The notes under the pieces were generated by a model. That model saw nothing but the letters and a program-made list of their open reading frames with translations, ran no database searches and was not told the origin of the DNA. From Zygnema circumcarinatum SAG 698-1b (lineage: Eukaryota > Plantae > Zygnematophyceae), in contig CM074818.1 in the NCBI GenBank assembly GCA_037447605.1, positions 1,810,617 to 1,874,616 of the forward strand: 64,000 nucleotides of DNA, read 5' to 3'. The translations under genes were made by a program, and so were the position numbers. Within the stretch, counting starts at the first letter, position 1, and the number at the start of each line of letters is the position of its first letter. This document shows positions 25,101 through 36,073 of the stretch, one piece after another.

Positions 25101-28100
25101 ATTTCAGAATGCAGAAATGAAAATTTTGGAAAGTCAGGCTGAAAGTGCAAAATTCAAAAATGCACTTCAGGAGTTGCGAAGCCAAATGGAAGAGAAGGGA
25201 CGGATCTGTGAAGGAGGGGGGGTGGGAGAGGAGAGTTTGAAGGATGTGGGTGAGGCTTTGCCTCAATTGGAAGGTGCAGAGGGAGACGGAGGGAGAGAGG
25301 GAGAGGGAGACAGAGAGGGAGATGGGGAGGACGGAAACGGAGACGAAGACAGAGACAGAGACTTGGAGGATGAGGGAGAGAGAGCGAGAGGCGAGGGAGA
25401 GGAAGAGGGAGAGGGAGAGGGAGAGGGAGAGGGAGAGGGAGAGGGAGAGGGAGAGGGAGAGGGGGAGAGAGTGGGAGCGAGGGAGGGAGAGAAAGAGGGG
25501 AGGGAGTTTGAAAGGAACGGCCAAGAAACAGTTATGGAGATGGCATGGGACAATGACAGAGGTGTCTGGCTAGGGGATGACGCAGAAATTAGAGGTACAT
25601 GTGAAGTGGATGTAGAGCAGGTGAATGACATCAATGGAAACAGGGTTGAGGAGAGGCAGGAAATGGAGGTAGAGTCGTCCCATGGGATGGGAGAGGCTCG
25701 TTGTGAATCTGCTGGTCATGAGGGATGTGAAGGAGAGCAGCTGGGTGAGAAGGGCGAGTCTCCCAATCAACTGCTGGAAGAGAGGGAGTGGAGTGGTGGG
25801 TGGGCAACAGTGAAGGAGGAGGGAGTGATGGAGGGAGAGGAAGACAAGCAGGCTCTTCCATGGCTATCGGAAGGAATGACAGAGGATGATGTATTTGTTG
25901 ATGGCTTAGAGCATGCTAGTCATCATCATCATGCAGATATTGAAGCTGAATATCCACTTACGGAAACAGCCGTACAAAGCGAGGAGATGGGAGAGGTAGC
26001 AACTGAACGAGAGGGAGAGGGTGGACCCGCTGGTGAAGTTGGACAAATGGAAAATTCGAATTTTGCAGCAATGCAAACTGATAATGATCCTCAAGAAATT
26101 GAAGTAAATTGTCGCCCTGAAGGCAGCAGCAGTTTTCACGATCCAAGTGAAGGTAGATCCTATCACACTAAGAAGGAGCTCTCTCTCTCATCATGCATTC
26201 TCTCCTGCCTCGCTTGGTCCTCTCTTTCTTTCCACTCTTCTATTCTCCTATCCAATCGTCACCCCTCCCCTTTCTCTCCTTTTCCTCCCCGTTTCCTCTC
26301 ACCTCTCTCCCCACTCCTCGATTCCCTCGCTTCCTCCTCCCATCTCTGAACCTTCCTTTTCTTTTCCTCTTTCACCATTCTCTCCTTTCCTCTCTTACAT
26401 GCCTCCCTCTTTTCTCTCAGCGTCCTCTCCTTTCTCCACTCTCATCACTCCTCTCCATTGCCCTCCTTCTCTATGCCTTCGCTCCCTCCTCGTAACTCTC
26501 TTTCTCCCTCGCTTCTCCTCTCTCTCCTCTCCAATTGACATCGACATTTTGTTTAATTGCTCGTTTGGTCTTGGCAATGGCAGGAACCAATATTTCTATT
26601 GAATTGAGGCAGCCCCATAATGGATCGAAGTCCCCTCTACCAGCCAATATGGAGGTAAGAAATAGAGACCTGTAAAGCTAATTCCTCAGCAGTTACCAAG
26701 CCTTTCTAAATGAATCTTCTCTGCTATCAAGAATGAATATAGAACAATAATCATGAAGTTTATTTGATGGATGCAGAGTAACGAAGGTCCGGATCTATTG
26801 ACTGGAAAAGCGGTGAAACTTCTTGAGGTATGCATATCCAACTCTTGCTTTACACGCATCTCATATACTTTTAAAAACTCACACAAATATGCAATTATTT
26901 GTTCTCTTATATTTTCCTATCTTCTCCGTTCCTCTTTGGGGCTGCTCTCTTCAGGATTGGCTTGGGGGCCTTTCCGTTTCTGTGATTCATGAAGCTGTAA
27001 AGGGAGAATCTGAGTCTGCTCGATCAAAGTTGAATGAAGTACTGCAAAGAAAGGGAAGGTGTGGAGTATTGGATACTGAAGACTTCGAAATGCCCAAACA
27101 TCAAGAGCCTGTCGCAAGGTTAGCTCTTCTTTGCTTTTCGATTAGGATTATAGACAATGTGATGATCATGTTTATTCCCAAGGTTAGCTCCTCTTTGCGT
27201 TTCAGTCCTAATCTGCATTGTTATATCTCCCTTTAATGTACAACGTGGACTCAGGGTTAGGGTTAGAGTTCAGGGTGAGGGTTCGGGTTAGGGTTAGAGT
27301 AAGGGTTAGCATATGCATGCTTGAAGAAACGACAAACTTAAGCAAGTTGTTATAACAATAACTCAGCGAGATGGTTAGCTTTAGTCAAAAGCTAAAAACA
27401 CGAATCAATAACCGGCGAACTGACGTGGATAGAACCACTTTCACGTGTTCTCTCGCCTTTGCAGATTCCTATTCGCTGTTTGCAGTGGAAAGGCGAAGGG
27501 TTCTGGCAAGAAGATCATGGAACTCTCAGGGGATGAAACTTTAACTCAAGCGAGACTATCTACCTTTGTAGCGGTGCTGCAAGCCTCCACCCTTGTGGAT
27601 GCTGGAAAACTTGCAAAGGAAGGGCTCCGGAGGGAGGGGTTGATGAGCAATCGAGGGAGGGAGGGGAAGGGAACAACGCCTGCAAAACATGGGGAAGGCT
27701 TGGTGGAAGCAGGGGGAGGTGCCTTTATGGGGAGGGGGAAGGAGAACGAGTTTACTCCCGTTGTTAAGACAGTGAACAGGTGAGTGGAGAATTGCATCTC
27801 TGCTGACTTTTCAGCAGTTGGGGGAGGGGGGGAGAGAGAGAGGAAGAGGGGGAGGGGGGGGGTGGCGAGTGAGGAATTGCAGGGAGAAGGGTTATGGAGG
27901 ATTTTCAGGGAATGATTTTTCTTAAGACACAGAGGGAGAGGGAAGGGGGGAGAGGGAGAGAGAGAGAAATAGAGAGAGAGAAAGAGAAAAAGAGGGAGAC
28001 TTTACATTTCTCATGGGAAAGGGGGGGTCACAGAGAGGCGAGGAGGAAGCTCAGGCCTCCCCCGCGGTTTGTGGACTTCTCTCCCATACAGCACATAGAA

Positions 28101-28313
28101 GAGGATGAATCGCCGCGTCCTAGGACCACTCGCATGCAAGTAAGGGTTCAAACCTCTTCTCTCTCCGTTTTCCCTCCCTCCTTCCCCTCTATCTCTTTCT
28201 ATCCATCTCGGTTATCTGCTGTGCCTTACATCCGATGGTCTGAATTGTGTTGGCAGAGAGGACGTATGGGGGAAAACCCACTCCGGAGGTTCGGTGACTT
28301 CAATTGGCCCTAA
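19116..28313 (+). CDS. Kinesin-6-like motor protein with a long acidic/coiled-coil tail (multi-exon)
   Basis: MKVFLRIRP, P-loop YGGTNAG/KTHTMFG split by an intron, ENIYDLL, TSVNKASS/RSH, LTIIDLAGCER; downstream exons at ~23.1-23.5, 24.1-24.8, 25.0-26.2, 27.5-27.8 and 28.0-28.3 kb. Distal exon borders and the stop at 28311-28313 are less certain. Confidence 0.85.
27255..27310 (+). repeat. Short telomere-like tract (GGGTTA variants) in a kinesin intron
   Basis: cagggttagggttagagttcagggtgagggttcgggttagggttagagtaagggttag. Confidence 0.8.
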
Positions 28314-29701
28314 GGAATAGCAGCATGAATGTGTTTTGGGTGTATTTGTTGTCCATGTCTATAGATGTAGTGGGAAGTAGGAAAGGAGTAGAGATACAGC
28401 GTGAGAAAGAGAAGGAGACGGGTAGGAGAGGGAGAGGCCGAGGGCGAGGGAGTGGGAGAGGCAGAGGAGGAGTACTCGTAGGGCAGAAAGTAGGAATGAA
28501 TCTTCAACCACACGAATCAGCATGTAGGGGAGAAGATGTGGCATGTAGTAGTTTGAAGTTTATACCCCAGTCCTGCATACTCAGATGCGGAGAAAAGGCA
28601 ACTGACCCTCTCAGTACCTATATTCTACATCGCTTACAGCGCCTGTTTTGCTTGATTCCTTGTTAGTGGTTTCCATGGTAGGCATGGAGTGCTTATCTCT
28701 CTGTTTTAGAGTAGTTAGGGTTCAGGCATATTGTGTAAGTTTGGAGTGAGAAGTGCTAGCAGGGAACAGCTCTAGATCCTCGACCTTGACCTAGCTTGTA
28801 TTAAGTCTTGTTGGAAAGCATGTTTTGCACGCCATGGAGCTGCAGATACAGAACATACAACATACAACATGCAACATGCAATGTGCAATGCTCAATGTTC
28901 ACTGTTCGAAGTAGCAACCTTTGTATGGGGAAGGTGTTCATACTTGGCCGCGTGCTCGACACTGGGAATGACGTTGTGGTTTGCACCCCTTGCAATGTTG
29001 CATGCATGTACATGGTGTCATGGGTGGCATGGCACACGCATGCCACACAAGTGAACCATGAACATATATGAAAGCCACGCATGAGATGTTATACGACCCA
29101 TCGACATAACATTTTGCAACATTCAAAATCAACAACAACATGAAAACGATCATATGGCGCTAAAGAAATAAGCGGAAAGGTCCCCGCGCGCCCGCCAGCC
29201 CGCCGGGTTCAATCCTCTAAAACCAAAAAAAAAAAAAAATTCAGAAGTCAATGTGCAACAAAAATAAGAATAATTACATAGTTATCCCTCCTGGCCGGCA
29301 GACTATTAGCCAGCCGGCAGAAGAGGCCGGCATATTATTGGCCGGCCGGCAGAAGCGGCCGGCTGCTGCGGTTTTGCTTTCCAGTTTTTGGACTTTTCAG
29401 GCGCCAGTTTTTGGTCTTCAGTTTTCAGTTTTTTGACCGCCCTGCACCTCTGCACGCCTCTGCCTGCAGCCTCCCCTTTTCCAGTTCAATATTAACACAT
29501 TTTTTTTTCTCTAAATTTAGAACAAGGAGCAAACCAAACAGACATAACCCTCTTTTCGTTTAAATTTTAGTTGTATTTTAGCATTGTTATTCTTGAAGGC
29601 AAACAGACAGACGTTAGGTCGTTAGGGCAGTGCTTCCTATCTTGAAGACTCCATACTTTCCCTCGCATTTTGCAGTTGTGTATTGCTTGCTTGCAGCCGC
29701 C

Positions 29702-31517
29702 ATGGATGGAGTTACGGAGAGGAAGCTGGCGGCGTTGATTCTCGCTGAAGCCGCATCGCTGAAGCGGCAGGCGGAGGTCGAAGGCGTGCGTGCATACCTC
29801 AATCCCAAAGTCAGATATCGCCCGAACTCGCGCTTCTTGCTTGCGACTGTGCGGGGAGTCGATCAAGGTATGTCAAAATTCTGCAACTTTTTTGTAAAAC
29901 ACAGTTTGGTGGGGTGTGGTGTTGCATGGCATGTCCGGTGCAGGTTTGGCATGTGCAGGCAGTTAGGGTTTGGTAGGGCTGGAAACTGTGAGTTTTGGCT
30001 CGCAGCTTAGGGATGTTTGGAGCGATTTAGAGTTTCTTGAGGCGTTTAGGATTATTCAGTCAACTTTGCCTCTCTCCGTCTCTCTCTCTCTGTCTCTCGC
30101 GCTCTCTTTCTCTCTCTCTCTCTCTCTCCCCCTCTCTCTCTCTAAGAAAAGCTCCCGCAGAGTTCCAACAATGGTGCATGTCTTGCAGGAGAAAGCTTAT
30201 TTTTCTATATTTTGAAATTAAGAAACTTTAGGGTTCGTTCATATAATTGTTGAGAATCATGTGAATTCGGAGCAGCTTTGTTGGCAGGCTATGTCTGCTT
30301 CTGATCCTAAGTCAACTCACCAATCACCGAAGTAAAGCAGTTCACGTGTGAAGCCTTGATAACTTTTTCCCAGTCTACTACTTCCTGTTCAACCATAACA
30401 TGTTTCTTTAAATCCTTCTTCTTTCCGCAGCAAACAGAGCTGCGGATTTAAATGAAATGTGGCGCCGGCGACTGGATGAGCTCACTGAGCCAGCTGTTGA
30501 AAGCCGCCATGGCTCCTCCAAGGCGGGTGGAGGGTCCTCCACTGCAGAAGCGAACTGCATGCGTGATGAAGATTACGGAAATAAGAAACGTGAGCGGGAA
30601 GAAACTGAGGAAGCAGTGCTCGACAGAGAAGAGATTTTGAGGGACGGGTGCGAAGAGACGGCGGCTGAAGGCGCGGATGATGTTGAGATGGAGAAATTTT
30701 TGCAAACTCGGTAAGCCTTGCTGCACTGGAGCTCTGTTTTTTTTTCCTGCAGATGATCAATTGACTATGAAATGGAAGTTGCTGGAAGTGCTTCATTCGA
30801 TGTCATTTTCTCTGACAAAACTAGCTTCTGATCTGAACGGAGCATTGTGATGTGCAGCTCTTATAGTGTATTCTTTTTGAAATAAACGAAGGGGGCTGAT
30901 GATGTCTTTTTTGGATGATGTGACGGCTGTACAGAGTGAAGAGGGGACGGGGAGCCATAGGGGCGAGGATGGACTCTGCAGGGCCGTACCTCTCTCCCTC
31001 CATAGACACGTGGCTGGTAGAGAGAGTGAAGGAGCAGTGGGAGGAGAGGGCGGGTCTCTCTAACGCTCGGCCGTCCATTGGGCCAAGTCTCCCTACAAAG
31101 AGAGAGCCAGTCAAGGAGGGAGGGAGGTGGGAGAGGGGAGTCGCTTTGGAGGAGGAGAGGAAGAGGGAGGGAAGCTTGTGTGGGGGAGAGGTGGCGAGAG
31201 ATGAGGAAGGCAAGAAGAGTGGTCATAAGGGTTTGAAACGTAAAGGGGAGGGTGGGCAAGGGAGGAGGGAGAGGAAAAAGTCGTCAACGAAGAATAAGCA
31301 GAGTAAACGGAAGAGGGAGGGGGGGAGCAGTGATGAGGATTCTCACAGAGAGAGGGAGCGTCGGGAGGAGAAAAGGAGAAGGAAAGAGAAGAAGGAGAAG
31401 CGTGAGAGGAGGAAGCGTCAGAGTGAGAAGTGTGAGGGAGAGAGGAAAGGGAGTGAAGAAAAAGAGAGGGAAAGGAAGAAGAGGAGAAGTGGAGGTGAAC
31501 GGGAGGGGTCGACATAA
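29702..31517 (+). CDS. Conserved plant protein of unknown function with a K/R/E-rich, probably nuclear C-terminus
   Basis: Exons 29702-29867, 30431-30710 and 30935-31517 join in phase: RPNSRFLLATVRGVDQ/ANRAADLNEMW...DDVEMEKFLQTR/VKRGRGAIGARMD, then a highly charged tail. Confidence 0.8.
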
Positions 31518-31803
31518 AGGAGTCCACGAAGAGATTTGAACAGAAAGAGGGGAGAGGAATGGATTATTGAGAGAGGACAAGATTTTTCTTCCCTAGTTTG
31601 GCAGTCTCCGATGTACATAATCGCTTGTATAGGAATGGAAGTTTTAGGGATGACAGGCTTTAGGTTTCAGGGTTTAGAGTGGATGGTTCAGGGTTGAGAG
31701 CTTCACAATCAGTGACAGAGGGGCCTAACCTGGAATCCGATGCCTCTGTATTTTTCTTGAACAGTTCTTTCTCCCCCCTCTCCCTTTCCCTCTCCCTCTC
31801 TAT

Positions 31804-33140
31804 ATGAAGGTAGGGGCTGCATGGGAGTGTCAGAACGGCTATTTCAACTCTGCGGGGGGTAGAGAGGCTTTTGCTCGCAGAGCTTCACAACCCTCCGGCA
31901 GCGTAGGAGAGTATGTCGATGAGATTTTCCAACACATGATTCAGAAGGATCAGCTCAAATAGTGCGCCATTCTTCTGCGCTTGGATGAATCAAAGGGTAA
32001 AAAACGACGAAAAGAAATGGAGAGTAGCTGCGGAGATAGCCTTCGGGTTTTGTGAGCATTTAACGAGGCGGAATTTAGGGTTTGAGCCTCCGCTTCGATA
32101 AGCAATAGAATGGTTTAAGATAATAATGATCTTAGGTTCCGACGGTGAAGGGGAAGAATTTCTCTCTTTTGTTCGTCATGAAGGAAAGTGTCAAAAAAAT
32201 GCATTGCCAGCTTAGTTTGAGATGTTTGGGGTGGTGGTTTTCAGGCATAAGGTTCTAGCCGGCTTTTTGGGTTCTCTTGTGACTGGTGCTGCGCAAATGG
32301 ACAGAGAGTTGTAAGGGATGGCGGGAGCTTCGGATGGCGATGTGGTCCAATTCGTCCCAATTGTGATGTTGGCGATGCCTACATCATCGTTCGCGCGCAC
32401 CACAAAGCAATGCCGCCATCATCATTGGGGACCAAAGGAAAGTGGTGAGGAGACCCAAAACGAGGAAGGGCTGAGTTCGAGCCTGAAGGGATGCAACCGA
32501 CAACCCTTGATAATGTCACATTCAAACAGAGAATCCATAAAATTTCATGCATGTGAAAGACCTTCCACCAAGTTCCACGCGAACAAAAGAGAGCCTCAAT
32601 AAAGGCAAATCCACATAAGTATGTCCCTCGATAAAGTTACAATCGGATACGAGACAGTCGGTAGGGGGGAGAGAGTGGGAGAGAGGGGGCGAAAGAGAGT
32701 GGAAGAGTGGGAGAGAGAGGGGGAGAGAGAGAGGGCGAGAGAGTGGGAGAGAGAGAGTGGCCCATGCTTCATTTTCCAATGTTGGCTCGCAACCCTTTGT
32801 CTCCTTCTGCTGAAGGTGGGGAGAGGCAGCGTCCCAGTGATCGGTGGAAGCAGTTCCACCCTAAACCCCGACAGGGTGGAATCAGAGGGAGGCAGCCTAA
32901 AGGGGAGCACTGGTACGGGAGGGGAGGAGTGATCCGCAAGCAAAGGACATGTCTATAGTGTGTGCCTCCTCATCATAGTAAAAGCAAAAGGGCTCCAAGT
33001 GATGTCAGTTGAGATGCACTCACTACCCCCAAAACCGTAAAAAAATCTAAAAGCCTTCAAACCCTAATTCCATACAAGCCCTCAACAGCGTTATTTTTGC
33101 AACAGATAAACCCTTCAATTCGGCTGATCCTCCCTCTCTC
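31804..33140. repeat. Segmental-duplication cassette homologous to 58088-~59790 (region downstream of ZYP1 plus its 3' end)
   Basis: Near-collinear blocks (ctgcatgggagtgtcagaacggc..., gcattgccagcttagtttgagatg..., gagtgatccgcaag...). Further partial copies at ~36370-37790 and ~41110-42490, and inverted at ~53780-55790. Confidence 0.9.
32500..32660. repeat. Degenerate ~30-bp minisatellite with CTCAATAAAG heads (also ~36460-36700, ~41195-41440, inverted ~54930-55150)
   Basis: Units such as ctcaataaagttaaatccaaacaaaattgcc and ctcaaaaaagttgcactcggatataatacc; unit number differs between cassettes. Confidence 0.75.
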
Positions 33141-33270
33141 CCTCCCGGTAAAACCTCATGTGGACGGTTACCAAGGCTGAAACATAGAATTTTTTTCTGG
33201 AATCACTTATAGATTCCTGATCGGTTACCAAATGTTGGCGGACGCTTACCACTGCAACGAAAGCCGAGTT
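32915..33270 (-). pseudogene. Decayed relic of the ZYP1 last intron and last exon (cassette A)
   Basis: gagtgatccgcaag-N15-tagtgtgtgcctcctc aligns without gaps to ZYP1 59579-59623; it translates as DEEAHTIDMSFACGSL versus ZYP1 AEEAHPIGDLFSCGSL, and intron homology continues to ~33140. Confidence 0.75.
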
Positions 33271-33884
33271 TTATGTACCTCCCTCCCTCCCTCTCTCCCT
33301 CCCCCCGGTTCGCTAGTTCCTCCCCTCCATCCCTCTCGCCCCCCCCTCTCTCTCTCTCACTCTCTCTCTCCGCCCCCTTCCACTGCGCCCTCTCGCCCTC
33401 CCAACGAACCAATGCAGAACCTTTGGGGCCATTTTACTCGCTCTGCCTGTTCTGTAGACGCTCGAGCTGCTTTACACGAACGGAAGACTGCCCTCAAATA
33501 TCTGTCACTAAGTCTAACCAACCCTAACAAATAACCAACTTAATCCTAAACCTAAACCTAAGTCTAATTTTAACCCTAAATCGGCCCGAAATTAACCCTA
33601 AATCTTACGCTCGCCCTCCCCCTCGCCAAAAAACTCTTACGTGAGCACAAAGTTCTCACCCCCCTCATCTCCTCCAAACGAGCTGTGTGCTTGTCTGTAA
33701 CCTCTTCTTTTCTACACAAAACAAGCTTGATACCTTGTTTTTCTCTAAGAACGAATCCTAGTTCGGCTTTGCAAGTTGTGCTCAAACCGCAAATGCCGAC
33801 AGAGTCCGCTGCTCACATAAAAATGTCTCGCATCAACACAGCGCATGCAGTTGGCGCACTCACAAAAGGCTCCGATGGGGTCAC

Positions 33885-33935
<51 letters not shown>

Positions 33936-34127
33936 CAGCTTGACATTCCCACCACAATTCCTACACATGTGAGAGAGCACCTGCTGTGTAAAATGCCAAT
34001 CTCAGCCACACCATCATACGCCACCGCCAACTCTTTTCCTCTGCTGCGAAAATTATTTGGTGACCTCAACATAAGGCCTTCCCTTTTTGTGACATTTTAT
34101 TTACATAAGCCAAAGCACGCCTCCGCC

Positions 34128-35318
34128 TTACTCCTCCTGTTGCGGCAACCGCACACTAAACCTCTCCATAAAAGCAGCGTTCGATCTCAAAAAAAGTGAT
34201 CCCAGAGGATAATTATTGTGTCCAATCCCGGCCTTCATAAGCGCCACGTGTCGCAGCTTCAGCCGGTTCTCTAAGGAGAGCTTCAGAATGTTGGGGTAAA
34301 TAATGAGCTCCTCCTTACTACGGCCCATCTCAGTCAATACAAATTCGATCTTGGACTTGATAGTATTCCAAGAACTGCTAAGAAGTGAAGGCACAGTCTT
34401 CACCATCTTCAAGGTTGGAAGCTCTCCGAAGTTCTCCACCAGATGTTTATACATGTTCTCCATTGAACCCCGGGATGCTAGTAATACCAGTGGGCTACTC
34501 TGCATAATTTTCTGAGCGTGCTCGGGTCCCAATATCGCCTCCAATCCAGCCACAGCATTCTTTAAGTGATGGCTGCTTCTAAAAACGATGCAGGGGAATA
34601 GGAGGAGCACATTCCTTCCTACCTCGCTGGAGAAGGTCGACCTCACAGCCTCGACTCCCTCCCTTATTGTTTCAGGACTGAAGGCGAGCACTGTTGGATA
34701 CCTCTCCAACATAGCGCCTGTGACAGGGACGTCTAACTCCTCGAATAGCCGAGCCTTCGCCTCAAGAGTCTGCACACGGCATGATAAAAGCATCGGCTGT
34801 CTGCCTACCACCTTTCCTAAGTTCGTCACTTTCATAGAGCTCCGCAGGAACTCGAACACGTCTTCCTGCTTCTCATCTGGAGCGAGGAGGAAGTTGCCCT
34901 TCAAGCCAACAAGCCGTTGTAATGCATTAAAATAATCGTGCGAGTCGATCCCATGGCTCTGGAAGAGGGCCGCTTTAGAGAGGATATGCTTATGGCCCCT
35001 TATAAGAACATTCTTCTTCTTATGAACGAGGTGGCGGACCTGCTCCTGCGTGTATCCTAAGCTCAGGAGAGCGTCGACTGCTTCTCGGAGAGCGCTCTTC
35101 GACACCGCAGCTTTTTCTTCGGCCATGGCGGCTCTGCCTGCACTTGCTTTGTCAAGCTTTTCGCCCTCCCTGCTGCTGCTATTGCTACTGTATCCATGGT
35201 GGCCTTGCAGGGACTGAGTACAAGTGAGCTGCTCAAGGGATGGGTAGCGCCATGGCAGGCGGAAGGGAGCTCCGATCCAGACGGTGCGGCGAAATAAAGG
35301 AAGAAAGAAAACCGCCAT
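34128..35318 (-). CDS. mTERF: mTERF-family protein, copy A (intronless, 396 aa, N-terminal organellar transit-like peptide)
   Basis: Tandem ~32-36 aa repeats with the mTERF signature (GRQPMLLSCRVQTLEAK, RYPTVLAFSPETI, IYPNILKLSLENRLKLR); R/S/hydrophobic N-terminus. Confidence 0.9.
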   Translation of the reverse strand: MAVFFLPLFRRTVWIGAPFRLPWRYPSLEQLTCTQSLQGHHGYSSNSSSREGEKLDKASAGRAAMAEEKAAVSKSALREAVDALLSLGYTQEQVRHLVHKKKNVLIRGHKHILSKAALFQSHGIDSHDYFNALQRLVGLKGNFLLAPDEKQEDVFEFLRSSMKVTNLGKVVGRQPMLLSCRVQTLEAKARLFEELDVPVTGAMLERYPTVLAFSPETIREGVEAVRSTFSSEVGRNVLLLFPCIVFRSSHHLKNAVAGLEAILGPEHAQKIMQSSPLVLLASRGSMENMYKHLVENFGELPTLKMVKTVPSLLSSSWNTIKSKIEFVLTEMGRSKEELIIYPNILKLSLENRLKLRHVALMKAGIGHNNYPLGSLFLRSNAAFMERFSVRLPQQEE

Positions 35319-35391
35319 GGCGCCCTTCGGAGTGTCAGCACCCCCTGGTAGACATTTGCTACCTCATCTCTTCGTGGAAAGGCGTCCAGCT

Positions 35392-35520
35392 CTCAACCCT
35401 AACCCCTCCTAACCCTAACCCTGGCCATAACTCTAACCCTAACCCTAACCATGACTAACCCTAACCCCATCTAACCCTAATCCCTAAACCTAATGTCGAA
35501 AGCCCCTAACCTAATAATAA
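35392..35520 (-). repeat. (CCCTAA)n telomere-like/telo-box array directly upstream of mTERF A (equivalents at 40126-40300, 44950-45290, 51893-51993, 57308-57430)
   Basis: ctaaccctaaccct... arrays 70-200 bp upstream of each mTERF start codon. Confidence 0.9.
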
Positions 35521-35627
35521 CCCTCTCTGAGCTCCCTCCAGGATTGTGGGGTCGAGTTGTGAACCGAGCGCTCCCCTCCCCACAAAAAATAGCACTGGTC
35601 TTGTGCAGGTCCGCCTGGGAGGGAACT

Positions 35628-35920
35628 CACAGAACTGGAACTGTAACTGTTTTTTATAACAACTGTGTTTCAACTGTACTTCAACTATAATCCGACTGGA
35701 ACTGTAACTAGCACCGTTGATCCATGTATAACTGGAACTGTAACTGCCACTTTAACAGTCACTGTAACATTAGTTGTAACTATATTTGGAACTGGAAATG
35801 TTCATGTTCACGTAACTGTAACTGTCACTGTAGCCATCCTGTACCTTCGAATATATCTGTAACTATAACTACAACCGTCACGGCAACAGTGACATTGGCT
35901 TTAACTGTAACTGTAACCCG
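35628..35920. repeat. Degenerate hexamer array (ACTGGA/ACTGTA)n upstream of mTERF A (equivalents at 40420-40600, 45320-45570, 51640-51670, 57540-57580)
   Basis: actggaactgtaactg... repeats, visible directly. Confidence 0.85.
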
Positions 35921-36001
35921 CCCGCCCCGGCCTTTCCCGGTACGGCACAGCGCCCAGGCGGGCACGCCGGCCGAGCGCCCGGTCACCTACGGTCACCGCG
36001 G

Positions 36002-36073
36002 TGCCACGTGCCACGTCGTTGCCACGACGACCCCACGTCGGTGCCACGAGGGTGCCACGTCGGCGTCACGTCG
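36002..36073. promoter_or_regulatory. Array of GCCACGT (G-box/ABRE-like) motifs (second copy at 40722-40786)
   Basis: tgccacgtg, tgccacgtc, tgccacgac, ccccacgtc, tgccacgag, tgccacgtc, gtcacgtc within 72 bp. Confidence 0.45.

Noticed and set aside
29195-29240. GGGTTCAATCC (B-box-like) followed by an A-run, a possible tRNA-derived SINE
   Set aside because: No A-box at the right spacing, no cloverleaf and no TSD.
32760-32958. 64-aa ORF MLHFPMLARNPL...KQRTCL intact in four cassettes
   Set aside because: Conservation is explained by recent DNA duplication; it is antisense to the ZYP1 relic and has no known motif.
34303-34935. ORFs antisense to the mTERF CDSs (repeated for each copy)
   Set aside because: They are shadow frames of the real genes, interrupted at different places in different copies.
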